From an uncultured Chloroflexia bacterium (GTDB lineage: Bacteria > Chloroflexota > Anaerolineae > Anaerolineales > UBA4823), in contig CAVORW010000003.1 in NCBI GenBank assembly GCA_963698715.1, positions 294,670 to 358,669 of the forward strand: a DNA stretch of 64,000 nucleotides. Reading direction: 5' to 3'. Within the stretch, counting starts at the first letter, position 1; each line of letters begins with the position of its first letter. Shown here piece by piece: positions 46,893 through 56,051 of this stretch. Below the pieces are notes generated by a model. The model was not told the origin of the DNA, did not search any database, and saw nothing but the letters and a program-made list of their open reading frames with translations. The translations under genes and the position numbers were made by a program.

Positions 46893-48338
46893 GTGAACAA
46901 GGCCAATACTTTCGCAAGCATCACCCCACAGTTTTCGGTCTTAAGTGAAAGCCAATTACAAGACCTGCACCTGGCCGCTCTGGAGGTGTTGAGGCATACC
47001 GGTATTCGTTTTCATCACGATGGCGCACTGGAAATGTTGAAAAATGTTGGAGCCTTCATCTCAGATGGGAACCTGGTTAAATTCCCTGCCCGGATTGTCG
47101 ACGAAGCTCTGGCTAATGCACCGTCCCGGATCGTGATGTGCGATCGGGTTGGTGAGCCGGCGATTTTTCTTGAAGGCAAGCGAACTTATTTTGGGACAGG
47201 TTCGGATTGCTTAAACTACCTCGATCCATCTACTGGCGAGCACCGCAAATTCACCCGCAAAGATGTACAAGATGGTTACCGACTGGTGGACGCCCTGCCG
47301 AATATCCATTTTTTGATGTCAATGGGCATCCCCGCCGATGTGGATCCTCACCTGACATATGATGTCCAGATGGCTGATATGCTTACTTACTGTACTAAGC
47401 CGCTCGTCTTTGTCACGAATGATAAAGCCAGCTGTCAGCGAGCCATTGACATGGCGGCTGTCGTAGCTGGTGGATATGAGGCGCTGCGTGAACAACAACA
47501 CATCCTGCTTTATTCTGAGCCTAGCTCACCTTTGCAGCAATCGGATACGGCAGTCGATAAGCTGATCCTAATGGCAGAATATGAGCTGCCGGTTGTGCAC
47601 TCTCCTGGCCCGCAAATGGGAGCAGTTGCGCCGATTACGATGGCCAGTGGGCTGGTGATGTCGCTGGCGGAAATCCTGAGCAGCCTGGTTGTTCATCAAT
47701 TTACCCGCCCTGGGGCTCCGTTTGTCTTTGGGGCAGGTTTGCACCACATGGACATGAAATCCATGCAGATCTGCTATGCTTCACCCGAGTTTCAACTGAC
47801 CAAAGCTGCCATCGCAGAGCTGGGGCGCTGGTATGGTCTGCCAACCTGGGGATATGCTGGCTGTTCAGATGCTAAAGTGATGGATGAACAGGCATCCCTG
47901 GAGGCCATGCTTTCCGTGTTGATGGCCAAATTATGCGGCTCGAACCTGATTCACGATGTGGGATATATGGAAAGCGGCTTGACTACCTCGTACGAAATGA
48001 TTGTGCTGACCGATGAATTGGTTGCAATGTGTGACAACTTGATGAAGGGCATTGAGGTCAGTGAGGACACATTGATGCTGGATGAAATTCACGAGGTCGG
48101 TCCTGGCGGCAACTATATAAGCACCTCTCAGACTTTGAATCGTTTTCGAGATTTCTGGTACCCGGGTCTGCTTGATCGCCGGATTCGGTCGCAATGGCTG
48201 GACAAGGGTGGGACCACTCTTGGGCAGCGCTTGAATCAACGTGTTAAAGATATCCTTAAAAACCACGAACCGCAAACGCTGCCAGACGAGCAAAGCGTTG
48301 CCCTACAAAAGATCCTTGAATCTGTGGGCAAATCTTGA
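46893..48338 (+). CDS. MttB-superfamily (trimethylamine methyltransferase-like) protein, non-pyrrolysine type
   Basis: I prefer the GTG at 46893, with AAAGGAGA 9 nt upstream. The N-terminus reads ...LSESQLQDLHLAALEVLRHTGIRFHHDGALEMLKNVGA...VKFPARIVDEAL, typical of MttB/MtgB-like proteins. There is no in-frame TAG. Confidence 0.75.
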   Translation: MNKANTFASITPQFSVLSESQLQDLHLAALEVLRHTGIRFHHDGALEMLKNVGAFISDGNLVKFPARIVDEALANAPSRIVMCDRVGEPAIFLEGKRTYFGTGSDCLNYLDPSTGEHRKFTRKDVQDGYRLVDALPNIHFLMSMGIPADVDPHLTYDVQMADMLTYCTKPLVFVTNDKASCQRAIDMAAVVAGGYEALREQQHILLYSEPSSPLQQSDTAVDKLILMAEYELPVVHSPGPQMGAVAPITMASGLVMSLAEILSSLVVHQFTRPGAPFVFGAGLHHMDMKSMQICYASPEFQLTKAAIAELGRWYGLPTWGYAGCSDAKVMDEQASLEAMLSVLMAKLCGSNLIHDVGYMESGLTTSYEMIVLTDELVAMCDNLMKGIEVSEDTLMLDEIHEVGPGGNYISTSQTLNRFRDFWYPGLLDRRIRSQWLDKGGTTLGQRLNQRVKDILKNHEPQTLPDEQSVALQKILESVGKS

Positions 48339-48410
48339 CTGCAGCCATTCTCGCCGAAATGGTCGACTGCAGATCAATAGGCCATTAAGGTTGACTTTTT
48401 AGACTCATAA

Positions 48411-48446
48411 GAACGCCAGCGCGGTATTTTTCACGCGCTGGCGTTC
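48411..48446 (+). terminator. 13-bp perfect hairpin after the MttB-family gene
   Basis: GAACGCCAGCGCG (48411-48423) pairs with CGCGCTGGCGTTC (48434-48446). No U-tract follows. Confidence 0.4.
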
Positions 48447-48606
48447 ATGGAAACCTCCGTTGGGCCGGCAACCGGAAGATGGGGACACAACCAGGATTTT
48501 CCAATAGACCTCTGGGTCTTTGAAAAACGCTGTATGGGAACTACAATAATAATTCTTACAAACGGGTTCTTTTTCCATCATTTCTTCCATATTTTTTGAG
48601 TTGTAC

Positions 48607-49449
48607 ATGAACGCACAGGTTGAAACTATTTTGAAGGGCTTAAAGTATCCTGAAGGTGTGTATTACTCCCACCAGGATCAATGTGTATACTTTGTCGAAT
48701 GGTTGGGTGATCGGATCTTCGCTTATCGGGATGGAGAAACCCGTCTTATTTACCAGGCTTCACCCGGCAGCGGTCCGAGTGGGCTGAGTCAGGATCTGGA
48801 TGGCACTCTATGGGTCTGTTTATACTCTGCTTGCCAGGTGGTCCAGATTGGCCGGGCCGGAGGGCTGCTGCGGGAATATCACGCCTGGCATAACCAACAT
48901 TTTAAAGGTCCGAATGACCTCGTCCATGCGCCAGATGCTGGGTTATTCTTTACCGACTCGGGGAATTTTCAGGCGGATTGGGTCAGCGGTAAACCAGTTG
49001 GATCGGTCTATTATCTTAGTCAAAAGGGCGACTTGAATTGTGCGGCGACCGGGATCGCTTTTTCGAATGGGATTGCGATTTCACCTGATGGCCGCAAGCT
49101 CTACGTTTCTGAGCACCGCCGCAACCAGATTTTAGGGTTTGATATTGAAGTAGACGGGGGTTTATCGAATCGGAGAGTATTCGCCAGGCTAGATAACCAC
49201 TGCCTGCTCGACCCTGGCAGGGCACATGAGCTTGGCCCGGATGGCATCTGCATGGACTGGCGGGGATGGCTGTGGGCCGCTCATTATGGCGGCGGCAAGC
49301 TGGTTGGTTGGGACCAGAATGGAGAGCCGAGAGGGATGATCTACCTGACGGAGGGGCGCTGCCCGACAAATCTAGCTTTTCATCCTGAGGAGAAAGCGTT
49401 CTATATTACTGAAGTAGAGTCTGGCTCGCTACTTCGCCAGAAACTTTAA
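48607..49449 (+). CDS. SMP-30/gluconolactonase/LRE-like beta-propeller protein
   Basis: About 280 aa. YPEGVYY, GPNDLV...FFTD, FSNGIAISPDG..LYVSE, GPDGICMD. Confidence 0.7.
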   Translation: MNAQVETILKGLKYPEGVYYSHQDQCVYFVEWLGDRIFAYRDGETRLIYQASPGSGPSGLSQDLDGTLWVCLYSACQVVQIGRAGGLLREYHAWHNQHFKGPNDLVHAPDAGLFFTDSGNFQADWVSGKPVGSVYYLSQKGDLNCAATGIAFSNGIAISPDGRKLYVSEHRRNQILGFDIEVDGGLSNRRVFARLDNHCLLDPGRAHELGPDGICMDWRGWLWAAHYGGGKLVGWDQNGEPRGMIYLTEGRCPTNLAFHPEEKAFYITEVESGSLLRQKL

Positions 49450-49587
49450 TCGCCAGTGGACGATCAACCCCGTCCACTTTTTTCATCGAGTTTTGAATGG
49501 GCAGGAAAATCTTCTTCAGCAAGCTACCCTTTGGGCGCATATATGGGCTCGCCTGGATCACTGTGGGGTCAGCCTTGGCACCGAAGA

Positions 49588-50109
49588 TTAAAATTTTACT
49601 TGCCGGGATGGCATAACTTGAGCCAGCGCCTTCAGCTCGCTGTTGTAGCGGGCGATTATCATGCCTGCCTTAAGGTCATCCGTATCATAAGTGCTGTGGG
49701 CGTCTGCAACCAGAGTGACATCGTATCCAGATGCTACCGCTCCCCGGCAGGTGGCTGCGACGCAGAACTCGGATTGCATTCCTGCCAGGACAATCCGTGC
49801 GATTTGGCGCTGCTGCAGTACAGGTCCCAGGTCGGTGCCCTCGAATCCATTGGGAGTGAATTTATCGATGACCATCTCAGATGGCCTGGGCGCAAGCGCC
49901 GGGTGAATTTCCCACCCCCTTGTTCCAGGCGCATCCGGATCGCCCGGGGCGCCATTGTTGCGCAGATAAACCAGCTGCGCACCACTCTCTCGAGCGCGCC
50001 AGATCAAGCTCCGGAGCCTCTCGAGCATCTGGCTGGCGGCGTATACCGGCTCTAGGGGGTCAAACATATTCACTTGGGCATCGATAACCAATAAGGCAGT
50101 ACGCTTCAT
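49588..50109 (-). CDS. isochorismatase-family cysteine hydrolase
   Basis: 173 aa. ALLVIDAQ, K..., and the catalytic Cys context LAGMQSEFCVAATCRGA. Confidence 0.8.
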   Translation of the reverse strand: MKRTALLVIDAQVNMFDPLEPVYAASQMLERLRSLIWRARESGAQLVYLRNNGAPGDPDAPGTRGWEIHPALAPRPSEMVIDKFTPNGFEGTDLGPVLQQRQIARIVLAGMQSEFCVAATCRGAVASGYDVTLVADAHSTYDTDDLKAGMIIARYNSELKALAQVMPSRQVKF

Positions 50110-50203
50110 TCTTGTTCTCCATCATATCCAAACTGTGATGGCCTTGCCCGAATTCTTCCAGCTCGACCGGACCAGCTTGCCGGAATTCCGGCTGATGTGC
50201 CGA

Positions 50204-50923
50204 TTATCTGAAACTGTGGACCGAAAAATCTTTTAGATACGACCAAAATGATTTCAGTTGCCCAAGGTTTAATGTCTCGGCATCCCATACCCCGGTTTGA
50301 AAATCGCGGCTGCCATTCTGAGTAGTCAGGTCGAAGGCATGCAACTGGCCTACTCGATCTTCGCTGAACGAGAGCAGGTTTAGTTTCGGCCGTTCGGGCA
50401 TATCCATATCTGTCAGCGAAACCAGTTGAACCTGTTTAAGCGATAAAAACCCAAGCTCGGGCCGGTCGGTGGCAACAAAGCCGTTATGGATTTTGAGGAA
50501 AGCCCGGTAGGATTTGGGCAAGCTGTTTCCCAGATGGAGCTCAAAGGCCTGCAGCTCATCTTCTGACACCGGCATCCCAGCCAGCCAGCCGTGCTGAGAA
50601 CGCCCGTACGAGCAAACATAGAGCAGATAAGGTGAGAGCTCAGCGGCCTCTGAAACGACAAGCTTCAATTCCTGGGTGATATTCTCCAGGCGAAAGATAA
50701 AGCCGCGGGCGATTGTCAGAAGCGGATGCCAGATTAGTGCAGCAGCTTGACCTGGATCACCTGTATCCTGGAGGGCGGTCTGCCAGCTAGTTGGCAACCG
50801 GTTCGAATAGTCCGCCAGATCTGGATGCAGGCGTGGGATAATCCGGTTGTGCTCTGGGAGCAGCTGTGCCAATTGGGTTTGGATGTTATGTTTCATAGGT
50901 TCTCTCGGTATAATCAACTTCAA
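50204..50923 (-). CDS. SMI1/KNR4 (SUKH-1) family protein
   Basis: A C-terminal block LQAFELHLGNSLPKSYRAFLKIHNGF is typical of SMI1/KNR4. The start is uncertain (TTG at 50923 or the ATG of MKHNIQ at 50896). Confidence 0.55.
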   Translation of the reverse strand: MKLIIPREPMKHNIQTQLAQLLPEHNRIIPRLHPDLADYSNRLPTSWQTALQDTGDPGQAAALIWHPLLTIARGFIFRLENITQELKLVVSEAAELSPYLLYVCSYGRSQHGWLAGMPVSEDELQAFELHLGNSLPKSYRAFLKIHNGFVATDRPELGFLSLKQVQLVSLTDMDMPERPKLNLLSFSEDRVGQLHAFDLTTQNGSRDFQTGVWDAETLNLGQLKSFWSYLKDFSVHSFR

Positions 50924-50968
50924 TATTAATGTGAATCTGGCGGTCCGGGGTGGGGGGAACGACCATCG

Positions 50969-51925
50969 TTAACCGTAGGGCGACTCCATATCGAGACTCC
51001 CGAATAAACCGGAAAATGCCTGCATCGCTTTGGTGAAGTATTTTTGGCGATGATAGATTAGGTTGAATTTGCGGGTCAACTTCAAATTTGGTATCCTGAT
51101 TGGGATCAACACCCCGGAACGAAGCTCCAGCTCGACAGATATTTCTGGAACAACCCCCAAGCCGAGATTCTGCCTGGCAGCCTGCTTGATAGCCTCAATA
51201 TTGTTGTAAACCCCTGCAATTTTCCAGGGGATATCCGCGTCTCGCATTGCGCTCTCAAACAGTTCTCGAGTACCGCTCCCGTCCTCCCGGACGATAAACC
51301 CTTCACCCGTCAGGTCGCTGGCCAGCAAAGGAAATCGTTGGACCGCAACAGGTAATTCAGCACGGCGAATCTCAGACACCCGCTGAGCCAACAGGTGGTT
51401 CGGTGCGGCAATGATGATTAATTCATCATTTTGAATAAACTTTTCTAGGATGTCGGACGAATTTAAGCGGCCCTCAACCAAACCCAGGTCGAGCCGGTCC
51501 TCCAGGATTAGCGCTTCGATCACACTGGTATTGTCTACTAAGCTCATCAACTCTACTTCTGGGTGGAATTCTTGGAAGCAGGCAGCCATTTGCGGCAGTA
51601 GATGCGTCCCGATCGTCAGACTGGCGCCAACCCGCAGTTTGCCCCCACTGCTTAGCTCTGAAAGTTCTTGCTGTGCCTGTTCAACCAGATTCAAAATGTG
51701 CCTGCCATAGGATTGCAGCCGCCTGCCGGCCTCAGTGATATAAAGGCGGTGATTTAGACGTTCAAACAAGCGGCTACCAAGTTCTCTTTCCAGCTCAGCG
51801 ATCGCCTGGCTAACAGAAGGCTGGGTCATATGTAGAACCTCTGCCGCTTGAGTCATGTTCATACTTTCGCAGACTGACAGAAAGATTTTCAATCTTCGCA
51901 GGTTCATCAGCGGTTCTTTAGTCAT
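50969..51925 (-). CDS. LysR-family transcriptional regulator
   Basis: HTH region LKIFLSVCESMNMTQAAEVLHMTQPSVSQAIAELERELG, followed by a LysR substrate-binding domain. Confidence 0.9.
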   Translation of the reverse strand: MTKEPLMNLRRLKIFLSVCESMNMTQAAEVLHMTQPSVSQAIAELERELGSRLFERLNHRLYITEAGRRLQSYGRHILNLVEQAQQELSELSSGGKLRVGASLTIGTHLLPQMAACFQEFHPEVELMSLVDNTSVIEALILEDRLDLGLVEGRLNSSDILEKFIQNDELIIIAAPNHLLAQRVSEIRRAELPVAVQRFPLLASDLTGEGFIVREDGSGTRELFESAMRDADIPWKIAGVYNNIEAIKQAARQNLGLGVVPEISVELELRSGVLIPIRIPNLKLTRKFNLIYHRQKYFTKAMQAFSGLFGSLDMESPYG

Positions 51926-52337
51926 TTCATCTGATCATCCCGAAACTGTCAATAATCTTAGGCGAATCCTTCAATTATTCTGGCACTCTCCCCTAAGCGA
52001 TGGCTGTTCTGGAGTTTCTGTGAAAAGCATCAGAGAACCTCGGTGAAGATAAGGGTTTGCCTATGATGTTCATAAAATAATACTATTTTACAAATAAACT
52101 TTCATTTGGTATAGTGGTAAAGATGGATTTGAAGTAGTGCAATTGGATTTCTGAACGAAATTTCAACAGCTGGACGGATTTGGGAAATGGAAGTGGGCGG
52201 AGTTTTACCTCCGCCCACTTCGCGTTGCAATGATCATTCGATACCCCGTCTGCTCCCGACAAAGATTCAACTGCCTTTTCATTCACCACCATCGGCATCG
52301 GCTACCCGTCACGCTTATCCAGCGTTATAATGCTGGT

Positions 52338-53750
52338 ATGGATCTCTTCGACCACGCTCTCCAAAATCGTATGAAAAACGAAGCGCCTCTAGCTGCCCGC
52401 ATGCGTCCGCGTACCCTGGAAGAATATATTGGGCAGGAGCATATCGCCGGATCGGGAAAGCTACTGAGGCGGGCGATCGAAGCCGACCGCTTGTTCTCAT
52501 CCATCATCTTATGGGGACCGCCGGGCACTGGTAAGACGACCCTGGCGATGGTGATCGCTAATCAGACCAAATCTCATTTCGAAACCCTTTCAGCCGTGCT
52601 GGCGGGTAAGGCTGATTTGCGGGAAGTGATCGAAAAAGCGATTGAACGGCGCAAGCTGTATAACCTGCGCACTATTTTGTTCGTCGATGAGGTCCACCGC
52701 TGGAATAAAGCCCAACAAGATGCCTTGCTCCCGCATGTTGAAACCGGAACCGTCACCCTGATCGGCGCTACAACCGAAAACCCTTACTTTGAGGTCATCG
52801 GAGCCTTGGTTTCACGCTCGCGGGTCTTTCAACTGCGCCCACTAGACGATGCGGCCATCCAGAGAATTCTCGAGAGCGCATTGCACGACTTAGAGCGAGG
52901 CTATGGACAGCGTAGCATCCGCATCCAGGCGGATGCGATCGAGCATTTGATCCGCGTAGCAGGCGGGGATGCACGCAATGCGCTCAATGCGCTCGAACTG
53001 GCGGTTGAAAGTACGCCGGCCAACCCGAACGGAGAAGTACATATCAGCCTGGAGATCGCTCAGGAGTTTATCCAAAGGCGAGCAGTTTTATATGACAAGG
53101 ATGGCGACGCCCACTACGACACCATCTCAGCTTTCATCAAATCTGTCCGCGGTTCAGACCCGGATGCAGCCCTCTACTGGCTGGCTAAAATGCTTTATGC
53201 CGGGGAAGATCCCCGTTTTATTCTGCGGCGGTTGTTGATTCTGGCAGGCGAGGATATTGGCCTGGGAGATCCCATGGGCCTGGTGGTAGCGAACGCGGCT
53301 GCCCAGGCATTCGATTATATGGGTCTGCCAGAGGGCATCTATCCGATTGTGGAGGCTACCCTCTACTTGGCCACTGCGCCGAAATCTAACTCTGCCGGGT
53401 CTTATTTCAAGGCGTTTAAACTGGTCGAGGACGAAGGGAAAACACAAGTGCCGCGTCATTTGCAGGACGCCAATCGCGATGGCCGGGCTCTGGGTCACGG
53501 GCAGGGCTACCAATACCCTCATGAAGGTCCGAACCACTTCCTGCCACAACAGTACCTGCCGCGGGAACTGCTGGGCAGATATTTTTATCGGCCATCCGAA
53601 CAGGGCTATGAGGCTCAAGTCCTCGACCGGCTAATGCGCTGGCGGGCAGCTCAGGAACGCGCCCTGGGTGTCGCACAGACTGAGACGCTGCCGGAATTAT
53701 CCGAAGAAACCATCAAGGAAATCAAAGGGAAACATAAAGCAGGCCGTTAA
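52338..53750 (+). CDS. rarA: replication-associated recombination protein A (AAA+ ATPase, MgsA/RarA)
   Basis: I prefer the ATG at 52338 (MDLFDHAL...[19 protein letters not shown]). Walker [12 protein letters not shown], Walker [17 protein letters not shown], and the C-terminal MgsA domain ([27 protein letters not shown]). Confidence 0.9.
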   Translation: MDLFDHALQNRMKNEAPLAARMRPRTLEEYIGQEHIAGSGKLLRRAIEADRLFSSIILWGPPGTGKTTLAMVIANQTKSHFETLSAVLAGKADLREVIEKAIERRKLYNLRTILFVDEVHRWNKAQQDALLPHVETGTVTLIGATTENPYFEVIGALVSRSRVFQLRPLDDAAIQRILESALHDLERGYGQRSIRIQADAIEHLIRVAGGDARNALNALELAVESTPANPNGEVHISLEIAQEFIQRRAVLYDKDGDAHYDTISAFIKSVRGSDPDAALYWLAKMLYAGEDPRFILRRLLILAGEDIGLGDPMGLVVANAAAQAFDYMGLPEGIYPIVEATLYLATAPKSNSAGSYFKAFKLVEDEGKTQVPRHLQDANRDGRALGHGQGYQYPHEGPNHFLPQQYLPRELLGRYFYRPSEQGYEAQVLDRLMRWRAAQERALGVAQTETLPELSEETIKEIKGKHKAGR

Positions 53751-54367
53751 TGACAACAATATTGCTGATAAGACACGGAGAAAACGACTATGTCAAGAAG
53801 GGTCGGCTGGCAGGCCGGTTACCGGAAGTACATCTGAATGAGAAAGGTCGCCAACAGGCCCAAGCGGTTGCAGAAAAGCTGTCCGGCGCCCCTGTTAAAG
53901 CGGTTTATAGCAGCCCCTTGGAGCGGACGATGGAAACCGCCGAACCGGTCGCCAGGGCACTTGAGCTGGAAGTCATCCCACGGCAGGGACTGATCGAAAC
54001 TGATTTTGGAGACTGGGAGAATAAAAAAATTAAGGGCTTGAGCCGCCTGAAGATCTGGCGCATCGTACAATTTGCGCCAGCTCTGATGCGTTTTCCACAG
54101 GGCGAGTCCTTTGCAGAGTGCCAATTTAGAATGATGCAGGAGTTAGAAACGCTGCGGGCTCAACATGATCCAAAGGATTTAATAGTGTGTGTCTCACACT
54201 CAGATCCGATTAAACTCGTGGTAGCCTACTATCTCGGTTTGCCGCTGGATTTATTTCAACGGCTGCATATCGCGCCTGCCTCGATTACAGTCCTGGGTAT
54301 TGGTGAGGGCGGCAGCCGCTTGTTCAACCTGAATTACGATCTTTCTTTTTCTTTATCCAAACCCTGA
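53750..54367 (+). CDS. histidine-phosphatase (phosphoglycerate-mutase-like) family protein
   Basis: LLIRHGEN (RHG motif), SSPLERTMETA, and VSHSDPIK. The start overlaps the rarA stop by 1 nt (TAATG). Confidence 0.8.
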   Translation: MTTILLIRHGENDYVKKGRLAGRLPEVHLNEKGRQQAQAVAEKLSGAPVKAVYSSPLERTMETAEPVARALELEVIPRQGLIETDFGDWENKKIKGLSRLKIWRIVQFAPALMRFPQGESFAECQFRMMQELETLRAQHDPKDLIVCVSHSDPIKLVVAYYLGLPLDLFQRLHIAPASITVLGIGEGGSRLFNLNYDLSFSLSKP

Positions 54368-54557
54368 ACTGGTAGAGTGCACTCGACCTTTATAGGTTAG
54401 TTTGGGGTATTGATGAATTTGGACAAACGCCCTCATTTTTCACATCACATCATCATCTATGGATTGTTCCATTCTGGTATACTAAGAGGGTCACAGGGGA
54501 GCATGTGCGAATGCATAAGCTTCACCCAAACGCCGAAATTATTTTCCGGAGATCACT

Positions 54558-55085
54558 ATGCCAGCAGCTGAGATCGACCTGAAGCCGGTCGCTCATATAA
54601 CGACCGACGCAATTGGCCCGCCAGGCAAGCGCGTGTTCTACATTCAGGGCTGGCAGGGCGAGCGAACGGTTACCCTTATCGTTGAGAAGATACAAATCCA
54701 ATCCCTGGCAGTTGGTTTAGAGCAGTTTTTATCGGAAATTGCCAGCCAAAATACTGGTTTACAAGATGCATCTGCCGAATACGAAGAAGAGAATATGCGG
54801 ATTAACCCGCCGGTAGATCCATTATTTCGCGTGGGAGAAATTGGCCTGGGCTACGATTCGGAAAACGACCTGGTTGTGCTGGTAGCCAAAGAATTGGTTC
54901 TGGAGGGGCAAGATCCCGATGAGACTCGTGTGGTCCGCTTCTGGTGTAAGCGGGAGCAAATCCGAGCCATGTGCCATTGGGGCATGGAGGTGGTTTCTCA
55001 CGGGCGCGCCGTCTGTCCTCAATGTGGTCAACCAATGGATCCGGAAGGCCATTTTTGCCCTAAACGGAACGGGCATAAGCACTGA
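54558..55085 (+). CDS. DUF3090-like protein with a C-terminal Cys-rich (zinc-ribbon-like) motif
   Basis: 175 aa. The ...TDAIGPPGKRVFYIQG...TLIVEKIQ... pattern and the end GRAVCPQCGQPMDPEGHFCPKRNGH match my memory of the DUF3090/TIGR03847 family. Confidence 0.6.
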   Translation: MPAAEIDLKPVAHITTDAIGPPGKRVFYIQGWQGERTVTLIVEKIQIQSLAVGLEQFLSEIASQNTGLQDASAEYEEENMRINPPVDPLFRVGEIGLGYDSENDLVVLVAKELVLEGQDPDETRVVRFWCKREQIRAMCHWGMEVVSHGRAVCPQCGQPMDPEGHFCPKRNGHKH

Positions 55086-55228
55086 GTTAAATTAAAAGTC
55101 ACTTTTCGAGATGGTTCTACCTGCTGAGGCTACATTGCGGTTAGGACCATCTCTGGTATCTGCTCCTAAATCTGTGGAGCTACAGCGGAAATCCCTTGGG
55201 ATGTTGCTTATTGGTGCGATGATTTGGA

Positions 55229-55975
55229 ATGTTTTTAATAAATAATATGGATGCTGATGTACTCACAACCCTGCAACAAGGGGAGATCATAATCAAAGGC
55301 GAATTCCTGTGGGGCTCGAATTACACTTTTTTGGTAGACGTGGAGCTGAATGGGAATAACCTGAAAGGCGTCTATAAGCCGTCCAGGGGTGAAAGACCGT
55401 TATGGGACTTCCCGGCTGCTTCTCTTGCTCGGCGTGAAGCGGCCGCATTTTTGGTCAGCGAAACCTTGGGCTGGGCATTGGTTCCACCGACGATGTACCG
55501 CCGTAAAGCTCCTTTGGGTCCAGGATCATTGCAGCTGTATATCGAGCATGATCCCGAATACCATTATTTCACTTTTAATGAACGGGATTTGCAGAGGCTG
55601 AGACCGGTGGCGTTATTCGACCTGGTAATAAATAATGCCGACCGCAAGGGGAGTCATGTCTTGATTGATTCAGCCGATCACCTCTGGTTGATCGATCATG
55701 GGATCTGCTTCCATGTTGAAGAAAAAATCCGCACAGTAATCTGGGACTTTGCAGGTGAATCATTCCCTGAAGAACTATGTGCCAGCCTGAACACTTTCAG
55801 GCAGAAGTTTGAAAAAGCATCGGGAGAAAGATCCGAAATTGAGACCGTGCTGAAAACCCATCTTAGCCAAACTGAAATCAAGGCGATTGCTACGCGAGTG
55901 GACCGGCTGCTGGAAATAGGCCGCTTTCCATCACCTAATCCGTACCGGCGTCCCTATCCCTGGCCGCAGATTTAG
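55229..55975 (+). CDS. PI3/PI4-kinase-like protein, SCO1664-family-like
   Basis: About 245 aa; a start at 55247 (MDADVL) is also possible. GSNYTFLV...GVYKPSRGERPLWDF resembles a nucleotide-binding region. NNADRKGSHVL resembles a catalytic loop, and LIDHGICF a DFG-like motif. Confidence 0.6.
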   Translation: MFLINNMDADVLTTLQQGEIIIKGEFLWGSNYTFLVDVELNGNNLKGVYKPSRGERPLWDFPAASLARREAAAFLVSETLGWALVPPTMYRRKAPLGPGSLQLYIEHDPEYHYFTFNERDLQRLRPVALFDLVINNADRKGSHVLIDSADHLWLIDHGICFHVEEKIRTVIWDFAGESFPEELCASLNTFRQKFEKASGERSEIETVLKTHLSQTEIKAIATRVDRLLEIGRFPSPNPYRRPYPWPQI

Positions 55976-56051
55976 TATCTGTCCGAAAGGTCGGAAGGTA
56001 TGTGGTTGCTGTCGCGTGCGCAGCACAAGAAGTTTGACACAGGAGCGTTGC

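Noticed and set aside
46893-48338. Possible pyrrolysine (in-frame UAG) recoding in the MttB-family gene.
   Set aside because: The reading frame is uninterrupted with no in-frame TAG, so this is a non-Pyl member.
52083-52298. 71-aa minus-strand ORF in the LysR/rarA intergenic region, and 61-aa ORFs around 30977-31162.
   Set aside because: They have no SD and no motif, and they lie in AT-rich spacer DNA with composition unlike the surrounding genes.
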